A stretch of 32,000 nt of DNA, from assembly GCF_000091665.1 (NCBI RefSeq), contig NC_000909.1, forward strand, positions 1,632,971 through 1,664,970, given 5' to 3'. The DNA is from Methanocaldococcus jannaschii DSM 2661 (GTDB taxonomy: Archaea > AGJL01 > Methanococci > Methanococcales > Methanocaldococcaceae). A program made the position numbers and the translations under genes. The notes under the pieces are model-generated. The model saw only the letters and a program-made list of their open reading frames with translations, was not told the DNA's origin and made no database searches. Positions within the stretch are counted from its first letter, which is position 1, and each line of letters starts with the position of its first letter. This document shows positions 7,824 through 17,104 of this stretch, piece by piece.

Positions 7824-8897
7824 ATGGAATTCTTTGACAGAGAGAAAGAAATCAATTATTTAGTTAAAGTTCTATCTTTTGAGCCTAATTTGATTTATTT
7901 TATTTATGGCCCTATAAACAGTGGTAAAACTACATTAATAAAGCATATTATAGAGAATAAGCTTGATAGGGATAAGTATGTTGTTTTTTACATAAACCTT
8001 AGAGAGCATTTTATTTCTAAGTATGAGGATTTTATTGAAGTTTTGTTTAATACCTATGAGGAGACATTTATTGAAAAGCTTAAAAAATATCTTTTAAGTT
8101 TTATTAATGATTTACCAAAGAATATTGATGTTAAATCAACGATATTAACTGGAATTCCAGTCCCTAAAAATACCTTAAATGAATTTTTATCAACAAAAAA
8201 TTCTGAAAATGTTTTTGAATATTTAACTAAAATTTTTGAAGATATTAAGAAGAAAGGCAAACAACCAATTCTAATTATAGATGAACTACAAAAAATAGGG
8301 GACTTAAAAATAAATGGCTTTTTAATTTATGAGTTGTTTAACTTCTTTATAGATTTAACTAAGGAGAAACATCTATGCCACGTCCTCTGCCTAAGTTCAG
8401 ATAGTTTATTTATAGAGAGGGTTTATAACGAAGGAACATTAAAAGATAGGTGTAAATACTACTTAGTTGATGACTTTGACTATAAAACAACAAAGGCTTT
8501 TTTAAAGAAGCATAACTTTAATGATGAAGAGATAGATATTGTTTGGCACTACTTTGGAGGCAAACCAATAAAGTTGGTTGAGGCAATTCAAGAAAAACTA
8601 TTAGGAGAGGATGTTAAAGAATTCTGCAAAAAATCTCTTAGAGTTAGAAAGAGGCAGTTAAAGGATTTGCTATATTCCTTGGAGGATGATAATAAAGAGC
8701 TATTTGAGAGAGTTATTAAGCTATTTGAAAACTTTAAAAATAGGGATGAGATATTTTATGAAAAGATAAGTGAAGAGATTGTTTGGACTGTTAAGAAAAA
8801 CATCCTATTTGTGAATATTGAGGAAGGCATCTTAAAGCCTCAAAGTAAATTAGATTTATTAGCAATTAGAGAGATATTAGATGAAATTAAAACATAA
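7824..8897 (+). CDS. Archaeal ATPase family P-loop NTPase (Arch_ATPase/PF01637-like)
   Basis: It has Walker A 'GPINSGKTTL' and Walker B-like 'PILIIDELQK'. The N-terminus 'MEFFDREKEINYL' is typical of this expanded archaeal family. The ORF track starts at TTG 7812; I prefer ATG 7824. Confidence 0.75.
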   Translation: MEFFDREKEINYLVKVLSFEPNLIYFIYGPINSGKTTLIKHIIENKLDRDKYVVFYINLREHFISKYEDFIEVLFNTYEETFIEKLKKYLLSFINDLPKNIDVKSTILTGIPVPKNTLNEFLSTKNSENVFEYLTKIFEDIKKKGKQPILIIDELQKIGDLKINGFLIYELFNFFIDLTKEKHLCHVLCLSSDSLFIERVYNEGTLKDRCKYYLVDDFDYKTTKAFLKKHNFNDEEIDIVWHYFGGKPIKLVEAIQEKLLGEDVKEFCKKSLRVRKRQLKDLLYSLEDDNKELFERVIKLFENFKNRDEIFYEKISEEIVWTVKKNILFVNIEEGILKPQSKLDLLAIREILDEIKT

Positions 8898-8910
8898 AAG
8901 GGATGATAAA

Positions 8911-10530
8911 ATGAGATTTGATATAAAAAAGGTTTTAGAGTTAGCAGAGAAGGATTTTGAGACGGCATGGAGAGAGACAAGGGCATTAATAAAGGATAAA
9001 CATATTGACAATAAATATCCAAGATTAAAGCCTGTCTATGGAAAGCCACATCCAGTGATGGAGACGATAGAGAGATTAAGACAAGCTTATCTAAGAATGG
9101 GATTTGAAGAGATGATTAATCCAGTTATCGTTGATGAGATGGAGATTTATAAGCAATTTGGACCAGAAGCAATGGCAGTTTTAGATAGATGTTTTTACTT
9201 GGCTGGATTACCAAGGCCAGATGTTGGTTTAGGAAATGAGAAGGTTGAGATTATAAAAAATTTGGGCATAGATATAGATGAGGAGAAAAAAGAGAGGTTG
9301 AGAGAAGTTTTACATTTATACAAAAAAGGAGCTATAGATGGGGATGATTTAGTCTTTGAGATTGCCAAAGCTTTAAATGTGAGTAATGAAATGGGATTGA
9401 AGGTTTTAGAAACTGCATTTCCTGAATTTAAAGATTTGAAGCCAGAATCAACAACTCTAACTTTAAGAAGCCACATGACATCTGGGTGGTTTATAACTCT
9501 AAGCAGTTTAATAAAGAAGAGAAAACTGCCTTTAAAGTTATTCTCTATAGATAGATGTTTTAGAAGGGAGCAAAGAGAGGATAGAAGCCATTTAATGAGT
9601 TATCACTCTGCATCTTGTGTAGTTGTTGGTGAAGATGTTAGTGTAGATGATGGAAAGGTAGTTGCTGAAGGATTGTTGGCTCAATTTGGATTTACAAAAT
9701 TTAAGTTTAAGCCAGATGAGAAAAAGAGTAAGTATTATACACCAGAAACTCAAACAGAGGTTTATGCCTATCATCCAAAGTTGGGAGAGTGGATTGAAGT
9801 AGCAACCTTTGGAGTTTATTCACCAATTGCATTAGCTAAATATAACATAGATGTGCCAGTTATGAACCTTGGCTTAGGAGTTGAGAGGTTGGCAATGATT
9901 ATTTACGGCTATGAGGATGTTAGGGCAATGGTTTATCCTCAATTTTATGAATACAGGTTGAGTGATAGAGATATAGCTGGGATGATAAGAGTTGATAAAG
10001 TTCCTATATTGGATGAATTCTACAACTTTGCAAATGAGCTTATTGATATATGCATAGCAAATAAAGATAAGGAAAGCCCATGTTCAGTTGAAGTTAAAAG
10101 GGAATTCAATTTCAATGGGGAGAGAAGAGTAATTAAAGTAGAAATATTTGAGAATGAACCAAATAAAAAGCTTTTAGGTCCTTCTGTGTTAAATGAGGTT
10201 TATGTCTATGATGGAAATATATATGGCATTCCGCCAACGTTTGAAGGGGTTAAAGAACAGTATATCCCAATTTTAAAGAAAGCTAAGGAAGAAGGAGTTT
10301 CTACAAACATTAGATACATAGATGGGATTATCTATAAATTAGTAGCTAAGATTGAAGAGGCTTTAGTTTCAAATGTGGATGAATTTAAGTTCAGAGTCCC
10401 AATAGTTAGAAGTTTGAGTGACATAAACCTAAAAATTGATGAATTGGCTTTAAAACAGATAATGGGGGAGAATAAGGTTATAGATGTTAGGGGACCAGTT
10501 TTCTTAAATGCAAAGGTTGAGATAAAATAG
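8911..10530 (+). CDS. sepS: O-phosphoseryl-tRNA(Cys) ligase (SepRS)
   Basis: The fold is a class II, PheRS-alpha-like synthetase ('FSIDRCFRRE', 'VMNLGLGVERLAMI'). I recognise MRFDIKKVLELAEKDFETAWRETRA... as methanogen SepRS. The ORF track starts at ATG 8881, which overlaps the upstream gene. ATG 8911 avoids the overlap. Confidence 0.9.
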   Translation: MRFDIKKVLELAEKDFETAWRETRALIKDKHIDNKYPRLKPVYGKPHPVMETIERLRQAYLRMGFEEMINPVIVDEMEIYKQFGPEAMAVLDRCFYLAGLPRPDVGLGNEKVEIIKNLGIDIDEEKKERLREVLHLYKKGAIDGDDLVFEIAKALNVSNEMGLKVLETAFPEFKDLKPESTTLTLRSHMTSGWFITLSSLIKKRKLPLKLFSIDRCFRREQREDRSHLMSYHSASCVVVGEDVSVDDGKVVAEGLLAQFGFTKFKFKPDEKKSKYYTPETQTEVYAYHPKLGEWIEVATFGVYSPIALAKYNIDVPVMNLGLGVERLAMIIYGYEDVRAMVYPQFYEYRLSDRDIAGMIRVDKVPILDEFYNFANELIDICIANKDKESPCSVEVKREFNFNGERRVIKVEIFENEPNKKLLGPSVLNEVYVYDGNIYGIPPTFEGVKEQYIPILKKAKEEGVSTNIRYIDGIIYKLVAKIEEALVSNVDEFKFRVPIVRSLSDINLKIDELALKQIMGENKVIDVRGPVFLNAKVEIK

Positions 10531-10548
10531 AAATAATCTTTTAATCTT

Positions 10549-11109
10549 TTATTTTTTAACACAGTTTTCAACAAAATACTTATAAACCTTATATCCATCT
10601 TCAGATAGCTCTGGATGGAATGATAGAGCCATATATTTTCCTTGCTTAACACCAACAATTTTATCTCCATCTCTTGCTATAACCTCAACATCATCACTTA
10701 AAATCTTATCAACCACTGGGGCTCTTATAAATACTCCATAAACCTTTCCTAAATCTTTAAATTCAATTTCTTTTTCAAAGCTATCTACCTGCCTTCCATA
10801 GGCGTTTCTTTTAACTGTAATGTCCATCAATTCCAGTAGAATTTGATTAATTCCAGTCCCTTTTGATAACAAAACCATTCCAGCACAAGTTCCCAATATT
10901 GGCAAATTAGAATTTTTTATTTTTTCTAATAATCCATACTTTTTCATTAATTTGCCTATAGCTGTGCTCTCCCCTCCTGGAATTATTAAGGCATCAATTC
11001 CTTCTAAATCCTCTACTCTTTTAACTTTCTTTGCCTCATAACCAGCTTTTTTAATAGCTTCCTCATGCTCTTCAACATCTCCCTGAATTGCTAAGACACC
11101 AATAATCAT
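10549..11109 (-). CDS. pdxT: Pyridoxal 5'-phosphate synthase glutaminase subunit
   Basis: 186-codon ORF. It has '[13 protein letters not shown]' and '[10 protein letters not shown]'. The catalytic Cys lies in 'GTCAGMVLL' and the His in 'FHPE'. Confidence 0.92.
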   Translation of the reverse strand: MIIGVLAIQGDVEEHEEAIKKAGYEAKKVKRVEDLEGIDALIIPGGESTAIGKLMKKYGLLEKIKNSNLPILGTCAGMVLLSKGTGINQILLELMDITVKRNAYGRQVDSFEKEIEFKDLGKVYGVFIRAPVVDKILSDDVEVIARDGDKIVGVKQGKYMALSFHPELSEDGYKVYKYFVENCVKK

Positions 11110-11156
11110 ATTATCCCTCTTTGAAATTTAGCCGATAGATATTGTTTAAAATTATT

Positions 11157-12833
11157 TTAATTTTTGCATTTCAATTCTTCCTTCATAAACCTTGCGTTAC
11201 TTCTTCTTATAAACTCTTCACAAACTTCTTCTGGATTCCCTTCCATAACTAATCTGTTCTCATCTAAGAGTATAGCCCTATCACTAATCTCCTTAATAAA
11301 CTCTACACAGTGTGAAACTAAAACTATTGTAGTTCCAAATCTCTCATTGATTATCTTTAGGTAGTTGGCAACATCTCTTAAAGTTATTGGGTCTAAGTCT
11401 CCAAACGGCTCATCCAAGAACAAGATTTTTGGTTTTGTTATCAGCTGTAAAGCCATAGCTACTCTAACTTTCTGCCCTCCACTTAGTTCGATAACTTTTT
11501 TCTTTAAAATATCTTTTCCTAAATCTAAAGCCTCTAAGATTTCTTCTGGTTCAAAGCTCTCAACTACTGGTGGGAAGAGTTTATAGATTATATCCTCTGT
11601 CAATCCCATCTTTTGAAGCTTTGAAATTCTCTCAGATTCTGGGACGTCTATTAATTGGTAGAGTGCATCAACAATCTTTGGAGATAATCCAAGTTCTTCA
11701 GCCTTTGCCTTTGCATGGGCAATAGCTTTCTCTCCTTTAAGTCCTAATCTATACTTTAATAGATTTTCAACTGTTTGGTAATATGGGAGGGAGAACTCTT
11801 GATGCATAATTCCAATTCTCTTTCTAAGCTCTATTCTCTCCCATCCATAGTTAGTTATATCAATACCATCAACTATAATTTTTCCTTCATCTGGTAACTC
11901 TAAACCAGCCATTAATCTCATAATTACAGTTTTCCCAACACCACTTGGCCCAATAATTGATAGAATTTCTCCCTCTTTAACATCGAATGAGACGTTTCTT
12001 AAGTTTAATGTTTCTCCCCCATGCACAACGTAATATCTTTTAGAAACATTTCTAACTTGTATTATTGCGTTATCTTTTATATTAGGTGTTCTTTTGTATG
12101 GGGGTTTCATCTTCTTTAAGAATTCATTTAAAACTTCTTCAACATCTCCATCCATTTTTACTTTTCCATTTTCTAATAGAATTAACCTATCGCAAAGGTA
12201 TCTGTGGATTTCTGGTAAATGGGAGGTTATTATAACTGTTATTCCTAACTTGTCTCTGATGTTTTTAATCACATCCAATAACTTTTGTTTTGATGCTGGG
12301 CATGCCATTGTTGCTGGTTCATCTAATAATAAGACTCCCTCTCCTTTTTCATAGATTTTAGCTATCTGTCTTCCTAAGATTAGCCTTTGTTTTTCTCCTC
12401 CACTCAGTATATTTGCAAAGGCATCTTTTTTATGTTCTAAACCAACTAATTTTAAAATTTCTATAGCTGTTTTTTCATACTCCTCCCATTCTTCTTCCAG
12501 TGGAAGTTGTTCATCAGCATTGTTTCTTATTGCATAAAGCTTTCTAATTATGTTGTTTATAACTGGCTCTGCCCATAGTGCGAAGTTTCTTTGCAAGTGT
12601 ATAGCTGTAATCTCTTTAAAGTTGTCTTTTCTACCTAAAATCTCAACCTCTCCCTCATCATAATCTAAACTTCCTCTTAAAATTCTTATTAATGTTGATT
12701 TCCCAGCTCCACTTTTTCCAACAATTCCTAAGATTTCTCCTTTCTTAGCTTCAAATGAAACCTTATCTAACGCTTTAAAATCTCCGTATTTTTTTGTTAG
12801 ATTTTTTACTTTAACTGTAATCATGGTTATCAC
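11157..12833 (-). CDS. ABC ATPase with two fused ATP-binding cassettes (methyl-CoM reductase component A2 / AtwA-like)
   Basis: 558-codon ORF. It has two Walker A motifs ('GKSGAGKST', 'GPSGVGKT'), two signature motifs ('LSGGEKQR', 'LSGGQKVR') and two Walker B motifs ('LLLDEP', 'LFLDEP'). No membrane domain or partner gene is present. The A2-like assignment is from memory of the family. Confidence 0.7.
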   Translation of the reverse strand: MITMITVKVKNLTKKYGDFKALDKVSFEAKKGEILGIVGKSGAGKSTLIRILRGSLDYDEGEVEILGRKDNFKEITAIHLQRNFALWAEPVINNIIRKLYAIRNNADEQLPLEEEWEEYEKTAIEILKLVGLEHKKDAFANILSGGEKQRLILGRQIAKIYEKGEGVLLLDEPATMACPASKQKLLDVIKNIRDKLGITVIITSHLPEIHRYLCDRLILLENGKVKMDGDVEEVLNEFLKKMKPPYKRTPNIKDNAIIQVRNVSKRYYVVHGGETLNLRNVSFDVKEGEILSIIGPSGVGKTVIMRLMAGLELPDEGKIIVDGIDITNYGWERIELRKRIGIMHQEFSLPYYQTVENLLKYRLGLKGEKAIAHAKAKAEELGLSPKIVDALYQLIDVPESERISKLQKMGLTEDIIYKLFPPVVESFEPEEILEALDLGKDILKKKVIELSGGQKVRVAMALQLITKPKILFLDEPFGDLDPITLRDVANYLKIINERFGTTIVLVSHCVEFIKEISDRAILLDENRLVMEGNPEEVCEEFIRRSNARFMKEELKCKN

Positions 12834-12918
12834 CCATAACTGTGATGATAATATTTGCAGTAATAATTATTAAATATGTTAATAACTTATAAACTTAGCA
12901 AAAAGTTTTAGGTTTTAG

Positions 12919-13533
12919 GTGGTAACCATCATTGCTGGCATAATTTTATCTGGTGGTAAGGGAGAGAGGATTGGTGGGAAAAAGCCATTCAGAGTTTTTA
13001 ATGGGAAATATCTAATAAACTATCCATCAGATATTTTAAAAAGTTTAAATATCCCTTTTGTTACAGTCTTTGCAAAAAATTCTATTGATTTAGAGATGGA
13101 GAAAGAATATTTAACCAAATATAAATGCTTAATATCCTTTGATTTAATTGAAGGTAAAGGGCCGTTAATGGGTATCTTATGCGGCATGAGAGTTTTAAAT
13201 GCCAAGTGGTTTGTTGTTCTGCCTTGTGACTGCCCTTATATAAATAAAGAAGCTTTAAAAAAATTAATATCTAATATTAGTATAGCTGAAAAAAACAACA
13301 ATCTATGTATAATTCCGAAACATGAAAATGGATATATAGAGCCACTCTTTGCTTTATATAAAAGGGATGCGTTATCTATTCTAAATAAAATTATTATGGA
13401 GGATAAAAACTTATCGATTAGGTATTTTATCTCATATTTAAATCCTTTATACATAAAAGCTGAAGAATTGGATGAGAGTAAGAGAATTTTCAAAAATATA
13501 AATACAATAGAAGAGTTGATGGATAATGAATAA
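12919..13533 (+). CDS. mobA: Molybdenum cofactor guanylyltransferase
   Basis: 204-codon ORF with a GTG start after 'ttaggtgg'. 'GIILSGGKGERIGGKK', 'GKGPLMGILCG', 'VLPCDCPYI', 'EPLFALY' and 'NINTIEEL' match MobA motifs. Confidence 0.8.
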   Translation: MVTIIAGIILSGGKGERIGGKKPFRVFNGKYLINYPSDILKSLNIPFVTVFAKNSIDLEMEKEYLTKYKCLISFDLIEGKGPLMGILCGMRVLNAKWFVVLPCDCPYINKEALKKLISNISIAEKNNNLCIIPKHENGYIEPLFALYKRDALSILNKIIMEDKNLSIRYFISYLNPLYIKAEELDESKRIFKNINTIEELMDNE

Positions 13534-14206
13534 ATTAAAGCTAAAAAATGAGAAAGAGGTTAGGATTAAATTTGGGGAATATAAACTTACTGGGTTCTCT
13601 TCTGATAATGGAAACAATCTTTACAAACTTTTTAATCTGACTCTATCAAAGATAAGATATAGAAAAGCCATGTTGGAGCATAATTTTCAGCTGCCTAAAA
13701 TTAAAGAAAGCCATAAACCTAAAGAAATAACTGAAAAAATTAAAGAAAATGATATTTACTTTTTAGAGCTTATAAATGAAATAAAAAAGGATTTTAAAGA
13801 TTTCTGCTCATTAGATGCTGGGACTCTATTTGAGTTATTTATGTATTACACTCTCATAGAGTTCTTTAAAGAAAATAACATAGATGCAAAGGTTATTAGA
13901 AACTTGGATGTTAGCTATAAAGGAAATATTTTTACAGAAATAGATTTATTTGTTGATGTTTTTGGAAAAAACTTTATTTTTGAATGTAAAAACAGACATA
14001 TAAGCTCAAATGCCATTTTAAAGCTTTATGGTATTATGAAAATACTAAATATTAACTTTGGCGTTTTAGCTTCAACAAAGGGCTTCTATGGAAATTTAAA
14101 AAAGGAAGATATCTTTAAAGAATACAACATTTACATACTTGATAAATTGATTGAGAAAGAGAAGAATAAGATTTTTAAAGAGCTAAAAGATATTTTTAAT
14201 ATTTAG
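13526..14206 (+). CDS. Restriction-endonuclease-like (PD-(D/E)xK fold) protein of unknown function
   Basis: 226-codon ORF. Its ATG overlaps the mobA 3' end by 8 nt. The candidate nuclease core is '[16 protein letters not shown]...[21 protein letters not shown]' (D140...E153-x-K155, coordinates 13943-13990). Confidence 0.45.
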   Translation: MNKLKLKNEKEVRIKFGEYKLTGFSSDNGNNLYKLFNLTLSKIRYRKAMLEHNFQLPKIKESHKPKEITEKIKENDIYFLELINEIKKDFKDFCSLDAGTLFELFMYYTLIEFFKENNIDAKVIRNLDVSYKGNIFTEIDLFVDVFGKNFIFECKNRHISSNAILKLYGIMKILNINFGVLASTKGFYGNLKKEDIFKEYNIYILDKLIEKEKNKIFKELKDIFNI

Positions 14207-15579
14207 TTAGTTAATGCCTGCAATGGGGCTGGGATTCTACCTCCTCTTTTAATAAACTTCTCAGATGAGTATTTATTAACTTCCATAATTGGAGCTTTTC
14301 CTAACAAACCACCATAATCAACATACTCTCCTGCCTTTTTGCCCGGAACTGGAATAATCCTTACAGCAGTTGTTTTGTTGTTTATAACTCCAATAGCCAT
14401 TTCATCAGCTATTATTGCAGAGATTGTTGATGCTGGGGTATCTCCTGGAATGGCAACCATATCTATCCCTACAGAACAAACACAAGTCATTGCCTCTAAT
14501 TTTTCTAAGGTTAAGGCTCCAGCCTCAACTGCCTCAACCATTCCACTATCTTCACTGACTGGAATAAATGCCCCACTCAATCCACCAACATAGCTTGTAG
14601 CCATAGCCCCTCCTTTTTTAACGGCATCGTTTAATAAAGCCAATGCTGCTGTTGAACCATGGGTTCCACACTTTTCCAAACCCATAGCTTCTAAGATGTT
14701 GGCAATGCTATCTCCTCTTGCTGGAGTTGGAGCTAATGACAAATCAACAACTCCAAACTTAACTCCCAACTCTTTAGATACTTCTCTACCAATCAATTCC
14801 CCAACTCTTGTAATTTTAAAAGCTACCTTTTTAATTTCATTTGCCAAAGTTCCAAAATCAGCGTCTGGCAGTTTTTCAATAACTGCCCTAACAACTCCAG
14901 GCCCTGAAACTCCTACGTTTATAACCTTATCTCCTTCCCCAACTCCATGAAATGCCCCAGCCATGAATGGGTTGTCTTCAGGAGCATTGGCAAAAACTAC
15001 AAGCTTAGCACATCCAATAGCCTTTTCTGTTCTGAATGCTGTCTCTTTAATAATCTCTCCCATTCTCTTTACAGCGTCCATATTAATTCCTGTCTTTGTT
15101 GAGGCAACATTTACTGAGGAGCAAACTCTCTCTGTCTTTTCCATCATAAATGGGATAGAGTCAATTAAAGCTCTATCCTCCTTTGTTGCGTCTTTATGAA
15201 CCAATGCTGAATATCCTCCTAAAAAATCTACTCTAACTTTCTTAGCAGCTTTATCTAATACTTCTCCAACCTCAACACAAGCTTTTATTTGCTCTTCTTT
15301 ATCTAAATCCTTTATAGCTCCACCGATGACTAATGATATTGGTGTAACTGCTATTCTCTTATTAACTATTGGAATCCCATACTTTTCAGAGATTCTTTCA
15401 GCTGTTTCTACTAAATTTTCAGCTGAAGATGTTATTTTGTTGTATATGTTTTCCTTTAATTCGTCTAAATCTTTTGAAACACAGTCTCTCAAACTTAATC
15501 CTAACGTTACTGTTCTCAAATCTAAGTTTTCCATTTTAATCATTTTGATTGTTTCTATAATCTCTTCTGGTCTGAACAT
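14203..15579 (-). CDS. Conserved UPF0210/DUF711 family protein
   Basis: 458-codon ORF rich in Gly, Ala and Val, with much higher G+C than its neighbours. I recognise the [14 protein letters not shown]...LDLRTVTLG... N-terminus as the UPF0210 family. Its function is unknown. Confidence 0.75.
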   Translation of the reverse strand: MFRPEEIIETIKMIKMENLDLRTVTLGLSLRDCVSKDLDELKENIYNKITSSAENLVETAERISEKYGIPIVNKRIAVTPISLVIGGAIKDLDKEEQIKACVEVGEVLDKAAKKVRVDFLGGYSALVHKDATKEDRALIDSIPFMMEKTERVCSSVNVASTKTGINMDAVKRMGEIIKETAFRTEKAIGCAKLVVFANAPEDNPFMAGAFHGVGEGDKVINVGVSGPGVVRAVIEKLPDADFGTLANEIKKVAFKITRVGELIGREVSKELGVKFGVVDLSLAPTPARGDSIANILEAMGLEKCGTHGSTAALALLNDAVKKGGAMATSYVGGLSGAFIPVSEDSGMVEAVEAGALTLEKLEAMTCVCSVGIDMVAIPGDTPASTISAIIADEMAIGVINNKTTAVRIIPVPGKKAGEYVDYGGLLGKAPIMEVNKYSSEKFIKRGGRIPAPLQALTN

Positions 15580-15706
15580 GGTTATCCCTATAAAAATTAA
15601 TTTAATCCATAATTAAGAAACAGTTTATTATATAAACTTAGTTATTATTAAGTTTATTAAAAAGTATTAAATTGGAATATATTTATCTTTTTATTAAAAA
15701 GAGATT

Positions 15707-17104
15707 TTATTTGTTTAGTAGAATCTCTTCAATTTTTTCTAAGATATTTATCTCCTCTACTTTTCCATTTTTGTCCTTATATTTAAATATGAACCTTTTG
15801 ATTCCATTTTTTTCTTCTATGTAGTTCTTATTATATCTAAGCGAAGTTTTTTCACTAAGTTCAATTTTTCCATTTTTATTTTCTACGGAAATATAAATTT
15901 CAGTTACACTTTTTTCAAACCCAGCATGTGCTAAGAAATTCCTAATCTTGAATTTGTCAATATTCTCCCTTCTAATTTTATATATTGGAGTCCAATTTCC
16001 TAAGATTTCACTAAGTTCTTCTTCTTTATATTTGGTGTTTATTATGTTATAAAGGGATGAAATCTCATTTTTGATATATTGAGAGTTTGGATTTTCTTTG
16101 AATAAGGTATTTTTTAATTCATCAATCTCTTCTAAAGATAGCTCGTCTTTTATCAATTGAGGAATTTCGCTAATCTTTGAAGCAAAATATGCTTTAACCA
16201 AGCTATTAAATCCTTCTCCGAAATATAAGTATCTTTTTAATATTTTATCTTCTGGATTAATTTTTATATTTGAAATAAATGCTCCAATAAGTTCATTTAA
16301 ATAAATCTCAATTTTATCTTTCTTTACAAAGAATGTTGAATAAACTAAAGGTAGAGCATAAACAATAGAAGCTATAAATGCATTTATATTTTGTTTCATT
16401 ATTCTTAATTCTTTTATCTTTGGATTCATGTTAATTTCTTTTTTTATTTTTCCTATTTCTTTTTTATCTACAAATTTGGTTGCGTCTAAAAAATCCAAAG
16501 TCATACCTTTAATGTCATAGGACGGTTTTATAATCACATCTTCCACAGTGTGGATGTTTAATATTTCTTTTTCTCTTCCAACATAGGGGTCTGAGTTATA
16601 AACAACTAATCTAACCTTATTTTTTATTGCTAAAATTTCTAAGAGGTCTTTAATTACTCTATAGGTTAAGACAGGCATGTAATTTAATCCATGTGTTAAG
16701 TCCAAATGAACTTCCAAATCTCCATCCAATCTTTTAGACAATTCATAAAGGGCAAAAGAATAATAATCAGTCAAATTCCCATAAAATTTAAAGTATTTTT
16801 CAAAATCTTTGTTATAAAATGTCCCAACTCCAGGACATACAATTACCTCGTAATTATCAATGTTTAAATTTTCTTTTATAAAATTCTCTGTCTTTTCTTT
16901 AACTTCTTTTACAATATCTCCATAATTTTCTGATTCTAAATTAGATAAAGTATCTAAAACCAATATATAAACTTTATCTGGGTTTATTTTATCATAAATG
17001 GCAGATAAAGAGCTTTTTGATTCTTTTTCAACTCCATTAAATGAGTAGATAACTTTTTTCCAACTTGAAAAATTTCCCCATGGAGCAATTAATATTTTTT
17101 GCAT
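15707..17104 (-). CDS. csx1: CRISPR-associated CARF/HEPN protein, Csx1/Csm6 class (DxTHG type, 'MJ1666 family')
   Basis: 465-codon ORF. The N-terminal Rossmann-like region (MQKILIAPWGN...) carries the 'HLDLTHGLNYMP' DxTHG motif. The HEPN R-x4-H motif 'RNFLAH' is at aa 388-393 (15926-15943). Its start overlaps the csm5 stop by 1 nt (TAATG at 17102-17106). Confidence 0.85.
   Translation of the reverse strand: MQKILIAPWGNFSSWKKVIYSFNGVEKESKSSLSAIYDKINPDKVYILVLDTLSNLESENYGDIVKEVKEKTENFIKENLNIDNYEVIVCPGVGTFYNKDFEKYFKFYGNLTDYYSFALYELSKRLDGDLEVHLDLTHGLNYMPVLTYRVIKDLLEILAIKNKVRLVVYNSDPYVGREKEILNIHTVEDVIIKPSYDIKGMTLDFLDATKFVDKKEIGKIKKEINMNPKIKELRIMKQNINAFIASIVYALPLVYSTFFVKKDKIEIYLNELIGAFISNIKINPEDKILKRYLYFGEGFNSLVKAYFASKISEIPQLIKDELSLEEIDELKNTLFKENPNSQYIKNEISSLYNIINTKYKEEELSEILGNWTPIYKIRRENIDKFKIRNFLAHAGFEKSVTEIYISVENKNGKIELSEKTSLRYNKNYIEEKNGIKRFIFKYKDKNGKVEEINILEKIEEILLNK

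Noticed and set aside
8881-8910. Upstream ATG 8881 as the SepRS start
   Set aside because: It would overlap the preceding ATPase gene by 17 nt and add MKLKHKRDDK ahead of the MRFDIKK N-terminus. I prefer ATG 8911, but I cannot exclude 8881 from sequence alone.
10332-10670. 112-aa minus-strand ORF spanning the SepRS 3' end and the pdxT 3' end
   Set aside because: It overlaps two strongly supported genes, out of frame with pdxT and antisense to SepRS, and has no motifs.
14203-14206. Overlapping stop codons of the convergent genes (TAG 14204-14206 on plus, TAA complement at 14203-14205)
   Set aside because: The overlap is real but ordinary for a compact archaeal genome. No hairpin or other signal stands out, so I do not pursue it as a finding.
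14339-15616. Plus-strand ORFs (84, 84, 78 and 96 aa) opposite the UPF0210 gene. The same issue applies to antisense ORFs inside topA (689-2012), the ABC ATPase (11164-12354), mobA (13020-13493), cas10 (21375-22229), SepCysS (28499-28780) and others.
   Set aside because: These are shadow ORFs on the antisense strand of long, well-supported genes. They have biased low-complexity composition (Ser/Leu/Ile/Phe/Thr-rich), no RBS and no recognisable motifs.
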